NCBI GenBank assembly: GCA_963707125.1
Contig: CAVPOU010000004.1
Coordinates: forward strand, 511,234 to 575,233
DNA length: 64,000 nt
Direction: 5' to 3'
Origin: an uncultured delta proteobacterium
GTDB lineage: Bacteria; Desulfobacterota; DSM-4660; Desulfatiglandales; HGW-15
Positions 1-10,262 of the stretch are shown one piece after another. The notes below the pieces were generated by a model. That model searched no databases and had not been told where the DNA came from. It was given only the letters and a program-made list of their open reading frames with translations. Position numbers and translations under genes: made by a program. Numbering within the stretch: position 1 is the first letter of the stretch; each line of letters opens with the position of its first letter.

Positions 1-10
1 GATTCTATAC

Positions 11-102
11 AGAAGAATGGAATGATGGAAGAATGGAAAAAACAGGAGACAAAACAGAACAAGAAGCACCCACGAAAACACGAAAGTACGAAAGCACGAA
101 AG
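11..102. repeat. Short-word tandem arrays at window edge (8-nt period: ATGGAAnn x3 at 16-40; CACGAAAG-type x4 at 71-102)
   Basis: Read directly: 'acg' recurs at 72, 80, 88 and 96. cacgaaaa/cacgaaag/tacgaaag/cacgaaag are contiguous. Confidence 0.8.
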
Positions 103-169
103 AAGAGGGGGGGCAGAGAAACCTGGCCTGCATTTCTAGAGTTCGTATGGAAAGGATGAAATTAGATCT

Positions 170-2110
170 ATGGCGAAGAATTTGACACAAAAGATCCTTG
201 AAGCTCACCTTGTGGAGGGAAAGCTCGTTCCCGGTGAAGAAATCGGGATACGGATCGACCACACCCTTCTTCAAGATGCGACAGGCACAGTGGCCATGCT
301 GGAGTTCGAGTCTCTAGGGATTGACTCGGTGAAGATAGAAGTCGCCGCCCAGTACGTGGACCACAACCTTCTGCAAACAGACAACAAAAATGCGGACGAC
401 CACCGATACCTTCAAACCGCCTGCAGCCGCTACGGAATCCATTTCAGCCCGGCGGGGAACGGCATTTCCCACCAGGTTCACATGGAGCGTTTCGGGGTTC
501 CCGGCAAAAGCATCCTCGGGTCGGACAGCCACACGCCCGGCGCCGCAGGCGTGTCCATGCTGGGCATGGGAGCCGGAGGGCTTGATGTGGCGCTGGCCAT
601 GGCCGGCCGGCCTTACCATCTTCCATGCCCGAATGTCCTGGGAGTGAAGCTTGCCGGATCTCTGCCGGATTGGGTGAGCGCCAAGGACGTGATCCTGGAG
701 ATGCTCCGGCGCTATGATGTGAAGGGGTGCGTTGGGAAAATCGTCGAGTACCACGGGCCTGGGGTCAGGAGTCTTTCCGCCACAGACCGGGAAACCATTG
801 GGAACATGGGAACGGAGCTCGGAGCTACAAGCACCGTTTTTCCCTCTGATGAAAACACACGTGCCTACTTGGAAGCCCAGGGCAGAGGGGGTGTGTACCG
901 AGAACTTCATTCGGATGAGGGCGCTGCATATGATGAATATGCGGAGATCAATCTGTCCTCACTGGAGCCATTGATCGCCTGTCCTTCTTCTCCCGGGAAT
1001 GTGGTCCCTGTGCGGGAGGTGGCCGGCATCAAAGTGGATCAGGTGATCATCGGAAGCAGTGTCAACTCGTCTTTCCGGGACCTCATGGTGGTGGCCAAGA
1101 TTCTGGAAGGCAGGCATCGGCATCCGGATACCTCCCTGCACATCAATCCAGGAAGCAACCAGGTTCTTGAAAATATTTCACATCAGGGAGGTCTTGCCTT
1201 GCTTCTTCGTGCCGGCGCCCGCATCCACCAATCCGGTTGTCTGGGGTGTATCGGCATGGGCCAGGCGCCCGGCACAGGGCAGGTGAGCCTTCGTACGTTT
1301 CCGCGAAATTTTCCAGGCCGCTCCGGCACCAAGGATGACCGCGTGTATCTCTGCTCTCCGGAGACAGGAGCCGCGGCTGCGCTGAAGGGAGTGATCACGG
1401 ATCCCCGTGACCTGGGAAAGGAAATGAAATATCCGAGAATCACAGATCCCAAGGAATATCTCGTCGACAGCGAGTCCGTCGTTTCCCCTTCAGAGGAGCT
1501 TCGCAGGACGGAGGTCGTCAGGGGTCCCAACATCAAGCCTTTGCCGAAGATGGATCCTCTTCCTGAGACGCTGGAGGGGAAGGTCGTGATCAAGGTGGGA
1601 GACAACATCTCTACGGATACGATCATGCCTGCGGGGAGCAATGTGCTTCCTCTTCGATCCAACATCGAGGCGATCAGCGAGTTTGTTTTTTACCAGATTG
1701 ATCCGGAGTTTTTCAAGGAGAGCAAGGAAGCGGACAGTGTCGTCGTCGTGGGAGGAGAGAACTACGGCCAGGGTTCAAGCCGAGAGCATGCAGCCCTTGC
1801 ACCGCGTTATCTGGGAGTCCGTGTGAAGATCGCCAAGAGCTTTGCCAGGATTCACAAGGCCAACCTTTGCAACTTCGGCATCCTGCCCCTCATCCTCAAA
1901 GACGCGAAAGACTATGATCGTTTCAGCAAAGGGTCTCGCGTCGTCCTCACGGGGGTCCGAGAGCGCATTGCAAAGGGGGAAAAGGAAATCCCTGTGGAGG
2001 TCGACGGGTATCGTGTGATCACCCTCCTTGATGTGTCGGAAAGACAGCGCAAGCACCTGCTGGCAGGAGGAACGCTGAATTATGTGAAGCAGGAATTGAA
2101 AAGTGCCTAA
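170..2110 (+). CDS. Aconitate hydratase (646-aa short aconitase type)
   Basis: Aconitase-family motifs in translation: IDHTLLQDATG, GSDSHTPGAAG, the CLGCIGMG Fe-S ligand region, and the swivel-domain GENYGQGSSREHAA. The full-length ORF starts at ATG 170. Confidence 0.9.
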   Translation: MAKNLTQKILEAHLVEGKLVPGEEIGIRIDHTLLQDATGTVAMLEFESLGIDSVKIEVAAQYVDHNLLQTDNKNADDHRYLQTACSRYGIHFSPAGNGISHQVHMERFGVPGKSILGSDSHTPGAAGVSMLGMGAGGLDVALAMAGRPYHLPCPNVLGVKLAGSLPDWVSAKDVILEMLRRYDVKGCVGKIVEYHGPGVRSLSATDRETIGNMGTELGATSTVFPSDENTRAYLEAQGRGGVYRELHSDEGAAYDEYAEINLSSLEPLIACPSSPGNVVPVREVAGIKVDQVIIGSSVNSSFRDLMVVAKILEGRHRHPDTSLHINPGSNQVLENISHQGGLALLLRAGARIHQSGCLGCIGMGQAPGTGQVSLRTFPRNFPGRSGTKDDRVYLCSPETGAAAALKGVITDPRDLGKEMKYPRITDPKEYLVDSESVVSPSEELRRTEVVRGPNIKPLPKMDPLPETLEGKVVIKVGDNISTDTIMPAGSNVLPLRSNIEAISEFVFYQIDPEFFKESKEADSVVVVGGENYGQGSSREHAALAPRYLGVRVKIAKSFARIHKANLCNFGILPLILKDAKDYDRFSKGSRVVLTGVRERIAKGEKEIPVEVDGYRVITLLDVSERQRKHLLAGGTLNYVKQELKSA

Positions 2111-2124
2111 AGTTGAAAAAGGGG

Positions 2125-2331
2125 AAGACAGCAGAAAGCAGGTCCACGGCGCAGGGTGCACCGGAGGACAGAAAAAGTAATCAGTAATCAGTTGCCAGTG
2201 ATCAGTTAGGAGGACCGGTGGCACGGACAAACGCGAATTTCGTTTGTCCGTGGGCGTGCACGATGCAACGGACAGCGCGTCAACGCCCAATGTCCAATGA
2301 TAAATGCTCAATGCCAAATGTTCAATGCTCC
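2125..2331. repeat. Composite intergenic repeat block between acn and gltA: AATCAGT heptads (2176-2207), H1 hairpin (2217-2256), CAATGnn heptads x6 (2287-2331)
   Basis: Stem CACGGACAAAC (2222-2232) pairs with GTTTGTCCGTG (2242-2252). The run caatgtc/caatgat/aaatgct/caatgcc/aaatgtt/caatgct is contiguous. Confidence 0.85.
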
Positions 2332-2342
2332 AGGAGGTTCTC

Positions 2343-3524
2343 ATGGCACAGGCGGTTAGCGTAAAAAACACGGGATTGCGGGGAGTCGCGGTTGCCGACA
2401 CCAAGATCAGCTTTATTGATGCTGAAAAGGGCGTCCTGATCTATCGGGGCTATCGGATTGAAGAACTGGCCGAGCAATCGAGCTTCATGGAGGTCGCTTA
2501 CTTGCTTCTAAACGGGTTGTTGCCTGGCGCAGGGGAACTCGAAAAGTTCGAGAGACAGGTGGTGGAAGCAAGAGAGGTCCCTCCCTATGTGTACGCGTGC
2601 ATGAAGCACTGGCCGAAAGAGGCAAAGCCTATGGATGTCTTGCAGGCTTGCGTTCCTGTGCTCGCCATGGCGGACCCGGAACTTGCAGAGGAGAGCAGGG
2701 AGGCCAATGTCAGGATGGCGATCCGGCTGATCGCTCGAGTGCCGGTTGTGGTCGCGGCGTGGCATCGCATCCGGAACGGGCTGGAGCCCCTCGCTTCAGA
2801 CCCGAGTCTCTCTCACACGGCAAATTTCCTCTGGCTGCTCCACGGGAAAAGACCGGATGCGGAAACCGCCAGAGACCTGGACGTGTGTCTCATTCTTCAC
2901 GCGGACCACACGTTCAACGCTTCGACCTTTGCCTGTCGCGAGGTGGTATCCACCCGGGCCCACATGTATGCCGGGATTGCCGCGGGGATCGGGGCCCTGT
3001 CAGGGAGCCTGCACGGAGGCGCCAACGCCGAGGTGATGAAGATGCTCCTGGAACTGGAGTCCGAGAAGGACATCCCGGGATGGGTGAAGGCCAGGCTGGA
3101 CAAGGGAGACAGGATCATGGGCATGGGCCATGCGGTCTACAAGACCATGGATCCCAGGGCAAGGTTCCTCAAAGACATGGCGTTTCGGATAGGGAAAAAG
3201 ACCGGACAGAGCCGATGGCACGAGCTGTCCACGCAAATCGAAACAGCCGGGCTGGAAGAGTTCAAGAAGAGAGGGAAGACGGAGATCCAGCCCAATGTCG
3301 ATTTCTTCAGTGCGCCCGTCTACCACATGATGGGCATTCCCAGGGACCTGATGACCCCGATTTTTGCTATCTCCAGAGTGGCAGGGTGGTGCAGCCACAT
3401 CATTGAGGAGAAATTTGCTGAAGCCCAGGAAAAACCGGCGCTTTACAGACCGCAGGCGGAGTATGTGGGACAGTATTGCGGGCTCATGGGGTGTGAGTAT
3501 TCTCCTCCTGAGGAGAGGAAATAG
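2343..3524 (+). CDS. gltA: Citrate synthase (Si-type, ~390 aa)
   Basis: Start moved from 2304 to ATG 2343, which is preceded by AGGAGG (2332-2337). Motifs: LILHADH, GALSGSLHGGAN, MGMGHAVYK, DFFSAPVY. Confidence 0.9.
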   Translation: MAQAVSVKNTGLRGVAVADTKISFIDAEKGVLIYRGYRIEELAEQSSFMEVAYLLLNGLLPGAGELEKFERQVVEAREVPPYVYACMKHWPKEAKPMDVLQACVPVLAMADPELAEESREANVRMAIRLIARVPVVVAAWHRIRNGLEPLASDPSLSHTANFLWLLHGKRPDAETARDLDVCLILHADHTFNASTFACREVVSTRAHMYAGIAAGIGALSGSLHGGANAEVMKMLLELESEKDIPGWVKARLDKGDRIMGMGHAVYKTMDPRARFLKDMAFRIGKKTGQSRWHELSTQIETAGLEEFKKRGKTEIQPNVDFFSAPVYHMMGIPRDLMTPIFAISRVAGWCSHIIEEKFAEAQEKPALYRPQAEYVGQYCGLMGCEYSPPEERK

Positions 3525-3532
3525 GGGGCGAT

Positions 3533-4924
3533 ATGGCATACCGTGAAGAATCAGATTCCATGGGGAAAGTCCTGGTGCCGGAGGAAGCTTACTATGGCGC
3601 GCAGACCCAGCGTGCCAGGGTGAACTTCTCCATCAGCACCCTGAAGTTCCCCTCCTCCTTTATTAGGGCCATTGCTCTGATCAAGAAACATGCGGCGGAG
3701 GTGAATTCTAAACTAAGGCTTCTCGACGCCGGCCTTAGCCAAGCCATCGTGACCGCGGCGGAAGAAGTTCTGGAAGGCAAGTTCGATGATCAATTCGTTG
3801 TCGATGTGTTTCAGACCGGCTCGGGGACGTCCACCAACATGAATGTCAACGAGGTGATTGCGGGCAGGGCCAACGAACTCCTGACCGGAAAACGGGGAGG
3901 GAAATCGCCGGTACACCCCAACGATCACGTGAACCTGGGCCAGTCGAGCAATGACGTGATCCCCTCGGCGATTCATGTGGCCGCTCTGCTGGAAATCAGG
4001 GAGCAACTCCTTCCTGCTCTTGAGCTGCTACACAAGGAACTGGAAGAAAAGAGCGAGACCTTTCGCGACATCAGGAAGATTGCCAGAACCCATCTGCAGG
4101 ACGCGGTTCCCATGACCCTGGGTCAGGAATTCAGCGGATACGCCAGACAGGCGGAACTGGGGATCGACCGGCTGCGCGGCGTGGAGGAGAGGCTCTCGGA
4201 GCTGGCTCTGGGAGGGACCGCGGTGGGGAATGGGCTCAACACCCATCCTCAGTTCGCCTCAAAAGTGATCGCCGCTATTTCTCAAGAGGCGGGATTTGTC
4301 TTCAGGGAGGCAGAAAACCACTTTGAAGCACAGGCAGCTCAGGATGCGGTGGTGGAAACCAGCGGGGTGCTCAAGACTGTTGCAGTAAGTCTCATCAAGA
4401 TCGCAAACGACATCCGGTGGCTTGCGTCGGGGCCGCGCTGCGGCTTAGGTGAAATTACAATCCCTTCTCTGCAGCCTGGTTCGTCGATCATGCCGGGAAA
4501 GGTCAACCCCGTCATTCCGGAGATGGTGCTTCAGGTTGCAGCCCAAGTGATCGGCAATGATGCCGCAATCACCCAAGGGGGACAGGCAGGGAATTTCGAG
4601 CTGAATGCCATGCTCCCTCTGATGGCCTACAGCCTGATCCAGTCCATTCAGTTGCTTGCAGGAGCTGCGCGAGCGCTAGGTGAGAAATGTATCCGGGGGA
4701 TTGAAGCCAACGAGGAGAAGTGCGTTTCAAACCTTGAGCAAAGCCTTGCTCTGGCGACTGCTTTTGTCCCGGCCATCGGCTACGACAGAGCTGCTTCCCT
4801 GGCCAAAGAAGCTTTTGAAAAGAAAAAGACGATACGTGAAGTCGCTCTGGAGAAGCGGGTGTTGTCTGAAGAGGAGATTCAGAAGATACTGAATGAACTG
4901 GTGGGAAAAGATGAAACTCATTGA
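3533..4924 (+). CDS. fumC: Fumarate hydratase class II (fumarase/aspartase superfamily)
   Basis: Carries the GSSIMPGKVNP signature. GAQTQRA and QTGSGTSTNMNVNEV resemble FumC more than AspA. Confidence 0.8.
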   Translation: MAYREESDSMGKVLVPEEAYYGAQTQRARVNFSISTLKFPSSFIRAIALIKKHAAEVNSKLRLLDAGLSQAIVTAAEEVLEGKFDDQFVVDVFQTGSGTSTNMNVNEVIAGRANELLTGKRGGKSPVHPNDHVNLGQSSNDVIPSAIHVAALLEIREQLLPALELLHKELEEKSETFRDIRKIARTHLQDAVPMTLGQEFSGYARQAELGIDRLRGVEERLSELALGGTAVGNGLNTHPQFASKVIAAISQEAGFVFREAENHFEAQAAQDAVVETSGVLKTVAVSLIKIANDIRWLASGPRCGLGEITIPSLQPGSSIMPGKVNPVIPEMVLQVAAQVIGNDAAITQGGQAGNFELNAMLPLMAYSLIQSIQLLAGAARALGEKCIRGIEANEEKCVSNLEQSLALATAFVPAIGYDRAASLAKEAFEKKKTIREVALEKRVLSEEEIQKILNELVGKDETH

Positions 4925-5036
4925 TCGCACTTGTAATGCTGTCGCGGGAGCCTTTGACAGCCGCTTTCTTCTGGTATATCAATAGGCGAGTCTGCATGAG
5001 CCGAGCGGATGACACATTCTGATGGGAGGTGTCGAC

Positions 5037-5450
5037 ATGAACAGAAATTTCCGTATATGCCTTTTCATGAGTCTGGCTATTCTTTTCATCCTGCCCTTTC
5101 TGTTTTCTGATGCATTCAGTCAGAAGGAAGATCCGAACGCCAATGTGTTCAATCTTTACGGTAAAGCGATCGGAGCGGTCAAAGAGGACGGGAGGATCAC
5201 CAACCTCTACGGCACAGCGATCGGATCGGTGGATGCTAAGGGTACGGTGTTCAATGTGAGCAGGATGGCCATTGGACAAGTGGATTCGAGCGGCACAGTG
5301 ACCAACCAGTCAGGAACTGCCCTGGGCAGCGTGGATGGGCAGGGCAATGTGTACAACGTGAGCGGGACAAAGATTGGTTCGGTGAGCGCCGGCGGAAACA
5401 TCATGCTCACCGGAGGTGCGGCCAGGTTGCTATTCTACGGGGTCAAATAG
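5037..5450 (+). CDS. Secreted protein with five 17-aa repeats (N-x3-G-x2-IG-x-V-x3-G-x-V); resembles 'beta-flower' repeat proteins
   Basis: GGGAGG lies 7 nt upstream of ATG 5037. The N-terminus is a hydrophobic signal. Five contiguous 51-nt repeats span 5151-5405. Confidence 0.7.
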   Translation: MNRNFRICLFMSLAILFILPFLFSDAFSQKEDPNANVFNLYGKAIGAVKEDGRITNLYGTAIGSVDAKGTVFNVSRMAIGQVDSSGTVTNQSGTALGSVDGQGNVYNVSGTKIGSVSAGGNIMLTGGAARLLFYGVK

Positions 5451-5460
5451 GCGCTTCTTC

Positions 5461-5940
5461 ATGGCAGGGCGATCAGGACCTTCTTCGAGACAACAGAGCG
5501 GGAGGATCGAGAGATTACCTCTGCTCCCAAGAATACTTCTGTTTATCGGGTCTCTCGGCCTTATATCTTTCCTTGGCTGCGCTCAGCAGCGACCGGTGCT
5601 TTACCCCAATCCGTACATGAAAACAGTCGGGCAGGAGCGGGCCCAGGCCGATATCAACGAGTGTGTTCGCCTGGCTACGGAGCATGGTGCCCAAGGCGAC
5701 GCGGGTGAGCAGGTGGCCAAAGACACGATAGAAGGAGGGGCGGTCGGTGGCGCTGTGGGCGCAGGTGTGGGTGCTGTGTTAGGCAGCGTCGGTCGAGGAG
5801 CGGCTGCCGGTGCTGCGGGTGGAGCTGCAGGAGCCCTTACCCGGGGCCTATTTCGCTCAAGGGAACCGGACCCCGTGTTCCGTGGTTTTGTTGACCGCTG
5901 CCTCCGTGAAAGAGGATACGAGCCTATCGGCTGGCGTTGA
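5461..5940 (+). CDS. Glycine-zipper lipoprotein
   Basis: Lipobox-like SFLGC, followed by the Gly/Ala zipper GGAVGGAVGAGVGAVLGSVGRGAAAGAAGGAAGA. The start codon is uncertain (no clear RBS). Confidence 0.6.
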   Translation: MAGRSGPSSRQQSGRIERLPLLPRILLFIGSLGLISFLGCAQQRPVLYPNPYMKTVGQERAQADINECVRLATEHGAQGDAGEQVAKDTIEGGAVGGAVGAGVGAVLGSVGRGAAAGAAGGAAGALTRGLFRSREPDPVFRGFVDRCLRERGYEPIGWR

Positions 5941-5993
5941 CCACTGAGCGCGTCCCTCCCCTCATTGCCGGCAGAGGGAGTCAGTGGGTGCCC

Positions 5994-6617
5994 CTACTTA
6001 AATATGAGTTCCGCCCTTTCCCTCCCAAGTCGTTCCGAGTGGATCTCCATGGCTTTCACGATAAAGTCAATATCGGCTGCCGCGTTGGCTGTTTGAGGCC
6101 TCAGGATGTCGGCGAGCGCCTTTTCAGTCTTGTTCAGCCGATTGAGAAAAAGCAGATAGTTCATGCGGCTCTTGTATGCGGACCGAATAAGAGAAGGCAT
6201 ATCATGGCCATAAGAGCGGAGAAGATCTCCGTAGTGTTGCACCAGGAGGAGAAACAATTCCTTGAAAGGACCTTTGGCTTTTTCGGGAATGTTCGAGTCT
6301 CTAAGGATCGTTTGGATGTCAGGGTTTCTGGCTTTCTCTACGAGTGAAAAGCTCTCCTCAAGAGCGTGTTTCCTGGTAACGAGGTAATTCTTGGCGAATC
6401 CTTTGCGGCCCTCCACGACCTTTCGGACTTGAAACACATGGTACACCATGATGATGGGAATGAATACCATCCAAAAGCTCATCTTCTGGGTTTGGAGCAC
6501 AGCGCCCGCCAGGTCAGAGGCAAATCGCTCTTCATATTCCAGATATGAGAGTCTTTTCTTTTCCTCGAGCTTCAGGTCAAAGTCATGGTCTACTCCGAGC
6601 ATGACCGTCAGTCCCAA
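5994..6617 (-). CDS. Hypothetical membrane protein (207 aa)
   Basis: One clear TM segment (FWMVFIPIIMVYHVF). The ORF is clean and convergent with 5461-5940. No family recognised. Confidence 0.55.
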   Translation of the reverse strand: MGLTVMLGVDHDFDLKLEEKKRLSYLEYEERFASDLAGAVLQTQKMSFWMVFIPIIMVYHVFQVRKVVEGRKGFAKNYLVTRKHALEESFSLVEKARNPDIQTILRDSNIPEKAKGPFKELFLLLVQHYGDLLRSYGHDMPSLIRSAYKSRMNYLLFLNRLNKTEKALADILRPQTANAAADIDFIVKAMEIHSERLGRERAELIFK

Positions 6618-6899
6618 GGAATTCTACCTGGATAACTTCGATGGATCCTCATGTCTCTTTGGGTGTGTATTCCCGGTTGTTTCTCATGGGTTACTGCGCT
6701 TCGCCGAATTCCTCAATGTCCGTGTAGTAAAAGCCTGTGGTTAAGCCCTAATCGGTCGATGAATTGACTGCTGTTGAAGCCCGGCGAGGCTTCCCAAACG
6801 GGGCTGACATACATAATGAGGAACCACAGCACCAAGCACGCCAAAAAGTTTGAACCATGAGTGAAAACGCCCTGGGATCCTAAGGCGCGGCCGAGGGCT

Positions 6900-7338
6900 T
6901 TATTGTGAGTGTTTTTGCTGCATGCACGCTTGGCTCCTGATCCCATATCTTTCCCCGTACGACAGGGAAGGGTGAGGAAAAATTTTCAGATGCCGGCAAT
7001 CAGAAAACATAGAACATGAGCCAAACAGGAAAGCCTGTCCGACCACGATACAGGGTGATCGGTTTGCCTCCCTTGAAGTAAGGCCCGAACTCACGGAAAT
7101 TGGTCTCCAGACCGATGGAGGTGAAGGCCAGGGCAAAGAACCATTCCCGTGCGAGTCTTGTAAACCCGCGCAAAATGCCCTGATCCATCATGACGGTGCT
7201 CACATCTTTCCCCTCCCGGCATCGATGATGGAGAAGATGATGGACGCGATCATGAAGCCCATCACAAACTTCGGGAAACGGTGCCAGATCTCCCACCAGC
7301 TCACCTGTTGGCCAGGGGCGCACTCGATCTTGGCACAC
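6900..7338 (-). pseudogene. Out-of-frame continuation of the YeiH-family transporter 3' end
   Basis: A second frame reads [51 protein letters not shown], matching the C-terminal YeiH/UPF0324 pattern (AlGL.t.l..l...G.KP). Further TM-like pieces appear in other frames down to ~6713. Confidence 0.5.
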
Positions 7339-8543
7339 CAGTAATAAGCCACACCGAAGGCCGTGACGCCGATCAGGACGTTCTGGATCATCTTAATCGT
7401 GGCCGCCACATACAGGGCCTTTTCACCGTAAAAGGCACCGGCTGCAGCCACGGCGCCCGTGGAGTCGATAGTCCCTCCCATCCAGGCGCCGGCCAGGATA
7501 TCAGGCATGCCCACAAGCCTTGCAAAGGCGGGCTGGGCCACCATGCAGACGGCCGTGAAGACCATGGAGAGACCGATGGCCAGGGTGAGCTCTTCCTTCT
7601 TGGCCCGGCAGGCCGCCGCGGTCGCGATGGCTGCCGATACGCCGCAGACCGACATGTCCGCCGAGATAACGATGTTCAGGGTCTTCGAAGGCATCTTGAT
7701 GATGTTCTGGCCGATCCAGTACGTGGAGATGAGTAGGATGGGGGTCACCACCCAGGCGACGAAGATCCCTGGCGTTCCGATGGCGATGATCTTATTCACA
7801 AGGATTTCGGCGCCGAGCAATACAAGGCCTGTTTTAATAAAGAACTCTGTTTGAACGGCAGGCCTGACCCAATTCGGAGTGCCCACGGTATTGCTCACAA
7901 GCATGCCGAAGATAATGGCCCAGAGGGGAAAGCCGAAGCCGTAATGGGACATCGTGGCCTGCTGCTCAGCCATGTAGGCGAAGACGGCGAAGAGAAAAAC
8001 AAAGAAGAACCCCACAAAAAAGCGGATAAAGGATTCGCCCATGATGGCTTTGCCGACGCCGAAAAAGACCCCCAAGATAACGGCTAGGCCGATAAGGTAT
8101 GGCACCTGGTTATAGGGTTTGTTGGAGACCTTGGCACTGGCCTTAGACGCCGCTTCCTTGGCCTTCAACCACGCGGCGATCTCGGCCTCCGTTTTCTTAT
8201 TTAGATCGCTATTCTTGAATGCAGCACCCGCTGCGGCTTTTTCTGCTTCTTTCGCCTTTGCAAGAGCCGCCTCCTGCGCAGCCTTCGCCTTCTTGGCGGC
8301 TTCTTCATGGGGGGCGTTCAAAGCATCGGCGGCCGCCTTGCTCCGATAAAGCGAATCCACGGGATTGCTTACCCATCGGCTGGGAGCAGCCAGATATTGC
8401 TGGAGGGTTTTGCCGAAACTTTGATCCCTCGCGCGGATCCTCTTCTTTGAGTCCGAGGCCTGGTGCCATGCGATGGTATGGAAGGGAGCCTTGGCCGACT
8501 CTTCTTTCATGATGGAGTTGTACTTATCGAGATTCTCCTGCAT
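7200..8543 (-). CDS. Putative sulfate-exporter/YeiH (UPF0324) family membrane transporter with an Ala/Lys-rich N-terminal region; 3' end interrupted
   Basis: The core reads [26 protein letters not shown] ... [18 protein letters not shown] ... [13 protein letters not shown], typical of this family. The ORF stops at 7200 inside a G-rich run. Confidence 0.75.
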   Translation of the reverse strand: MQENLDKYNSIMKEESAKAPFHTIAWHQASDSKKRIRARDQSFGKTLQQYLAAPSRWVSNPVDSLYRSKAAADALNAPHEEAAKKAKAAQEAALAKAKEAEKAAAGAAFKNSDLNKKTEAEIAAWLKAKEAASKASAKVSNKPYNQVPYLIGLAVILGVFFGVGKAIMGESFIRFFVGFFFVFLFAVFAYMAEQQATMSHYGFGFPLWAIIFGMLVSNTVGTPNWVRPAVQTEFFIKTGLVLLGAEILVNKIIAIGTPGIFVAWVVTPILLISTYWIGQNIIKMPSKTLNIVISADMSVCGVSAAIATAAACRAKKEELTLAIGLSMVFTAVCMVAQPAFARLVGMPDILAGAWMGGTIDSTGAVAAAGAFYGEKALYVAATIKMIQNVLIGVTAFGVAYYWCAKIECAPGQQVSWWEIWHRFPKFVMGFMIASIIFSIIDAGRGKM

Positions 8544-8547
8544 TTTT

Positions 8548-8715
8548 TCAGGGGGCCTCGGGCAGGAATATGAGAATCCCTACGATCAGGATCAAAAACC
8601 CCATCCAAATCGCCATCCAGTCTTCTTTTTTCCACAAATCGGAAAGGGATGTTTTCGTCCTTTCCAATACCACGTATTCCTCACCTTGAGATGCCGCACT
8701 CTTTTGTTCAGCCAT
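8548..8715 (-). CDS. 55-aa single-TM ORF immediately upstream of the transporter (possibly its detached first TM)
   Basis: Translated by hand: MAEQKSAASQGEEYVVLERTKTSLSDLWKKEDWMAIWMGFLILIVGILIFLPEAP. GGAGGA lies upstream of ATG 8715. The stop TGA (8550-8548) is 4 nt before ATG 8543, next to a G5 run (8551-8555). Confidence 0.5.
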   Translation of the reverse strand: MAEQKSAASQGEEYVVLERTKTSLSDLWKKEDWMAIWMGFLILIVGILIFLPEAP

Positions 8716-9217
8716 ATAGCATCCTCCTTATGTTCCTCTGCAAGACGGACTTAGAAAAGCAAAGGTTAAGTGAAAGCCGCCTGTCACTCCGGCCAGCCGC
8801 CAGCTGATCCACGCTCTCGCCCTTTTGAAGTCACCTCCCTTCCAGATGATTTTGATCGATTCACAAAAGCAGAACAGAAAAGCCTTTGAACACGCGACGG
8901 GGTTCACGCTGTGGTTCACCGAAACGCATGGCCTCTTGCTCAATAGGGACTCGCAATTAGACATGCGATGAATGGAGCTTTAGAGCCTAAAGCAGCCGCG
9001 CGTTGACTTAGTGGAAAAGAAGAATACACGAAGGGAAAGCCGACTTTTGTCAAGATTTTAGAATGGTTGGGAGTGAAGCGTCATCATTTCGGTGGATCGC
9101 AAGGAAATGGCTGGATCACAGGTTTTTTTCAGCAACTTTCCGGGTTATGCTTTGGACCATACGACCCTCTTGGAGTTACCGTGGAAAAAGTGTATTATTG
9201 CGGGAGGTGCAAGCCTC

Positions 9218-10138
9218 ATGACCATGTCCATTGATAAATTCCTTTCATGGTTCGATCCTTCTTTCGACTGGATCCAGGTGGAAGTGACGTCAGCCTGTAA
9301 CGCCGCTTGCATCTATTGCCCCCGCACGGTCTACAGGAAAACATGGGAAGACCGGCACCTCCCCCTGGAAACGTTCAAGAAACTGAAACCGGCGTTTGCC
9401 GATACTCGCCATATCCATCTTCAGGGCTGGGGAGAACCTTTTCTTCACCCCGATTTTTTCGAGATGGTAGCCATCGCTAAAACTCAGGCGTTTCAAGTGG
9501 GCACCACCACGAATGCCATGCTGCTCAATGAAGAAACGGTGAGGAAAGTGATCGAAAGCGGTTTAGATATCCTCGCTTTTTCTCTTGCAGGCACCACAGA
9601 GCGGAATGACGTCATTCGCAAAGGGACAAGCCTGAAAAAGGTTTTGAAAGCCATAGAGACTCTAAGCCGGGAGAAGGAGAAGCGAGGAACGTCAGGACCG
9701 GAGATTCATGTGGCTTACATGCTCTTTCGATCGGGCATGACCGAACTGGAGACGTTGCCCGCTTTGCTGGAGGGCCTTGGCGTCAGTCAGGTAGTAGTCA
9801 GCACGCTGGACTTTGTGCCCACCGAAGAACTCCGGAAGGAGGCGGTGATTCCGGCCACGCAGGAAGAGTATGAGAAGTCTGATCCGTCCTTGAGCGTCTG
9901 GTCCGAGGCGGGCCGTGAGAAAGGTTTAGCTGTCCATTACCACCTCGTTTCCCCGGAAAAACGACGGGAAATCTGCACAGAGAATATACAGAGGGCTTTG
10001 TGCGTTTCCTCTGACGGGGCAGTCACTCCATGTGTTTACACGAGCCTCGGGGTTTCAGGCACCTATTACAATTTGCAAGGCAAGAAAGTGAGCTGTGAGA
10101 GGATGGTCTTCGGAAACATCCAGGGAGAAGGAAGATAA
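9218..10138 (+). CDS. Radical SAM enzyme with SPASM/twitch-type C-terminal Cys cluster; apparent frameshift near 3' end (tail continues to 10236 in another frame)
   Basis: CNAACIYCP gives the CxxxCxxC motif. GWGEPFLHP is present, and the C-terminus reads CTENIQRALCVSSDGAVTPCVY. Start chosen at ATG 9218 after GGGAGG (9202-9207); the ORF is open from 9092. Confidence 0.75.
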   Translation: MTMSIDKFLSWFDPSFDWIQVEVTSACNAACIYCPRTVYRKTWEDRHLPLETFKKLKPAFADTRHIHLQGWGEPFLHPDFFEMVAIAKTQAFQVGTTTNAMLLNEETVRKVIESGLDILAFSLAGTTERNDVIRKGTSLKKVLKAIETLSREKEKRGTSGPEIHVAYMLFRSGMTELETLPALLEGLGVSQVVVSTLDFVPTEELRKEAVIPATQEEYEKSDPSLSVWSEAGREKGLAVHYHLVSPEKRREICTENIQRALCVSSDGAVTPCVYTSLGVSGTYYNLQGKKVSCERMVFGNIQGEGR

Positions 10139-10262
10139 AGGATATCTGGAAGGAGGAATCCTACAGCGCTTTTCGTCGCTCCTTCCGCAAGGGAGAACTC
10201 GCTTCCACCTGTCAGAAGTGCCCAAAGATCTGGTAAAACACAAAGGCAGAGCGTGGGGATTC

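Noticed and set aside
5941-5990. Bidirectional terminator hairpin between 5461-5940 and 5994-6617
   Set aside because: The stems CCACTGA/TCAGTGG and TCCCTC/GAGGGA exist. However, the internal loop is asymmetric and there is no flanking T/A run, so support is too weak to annotate.
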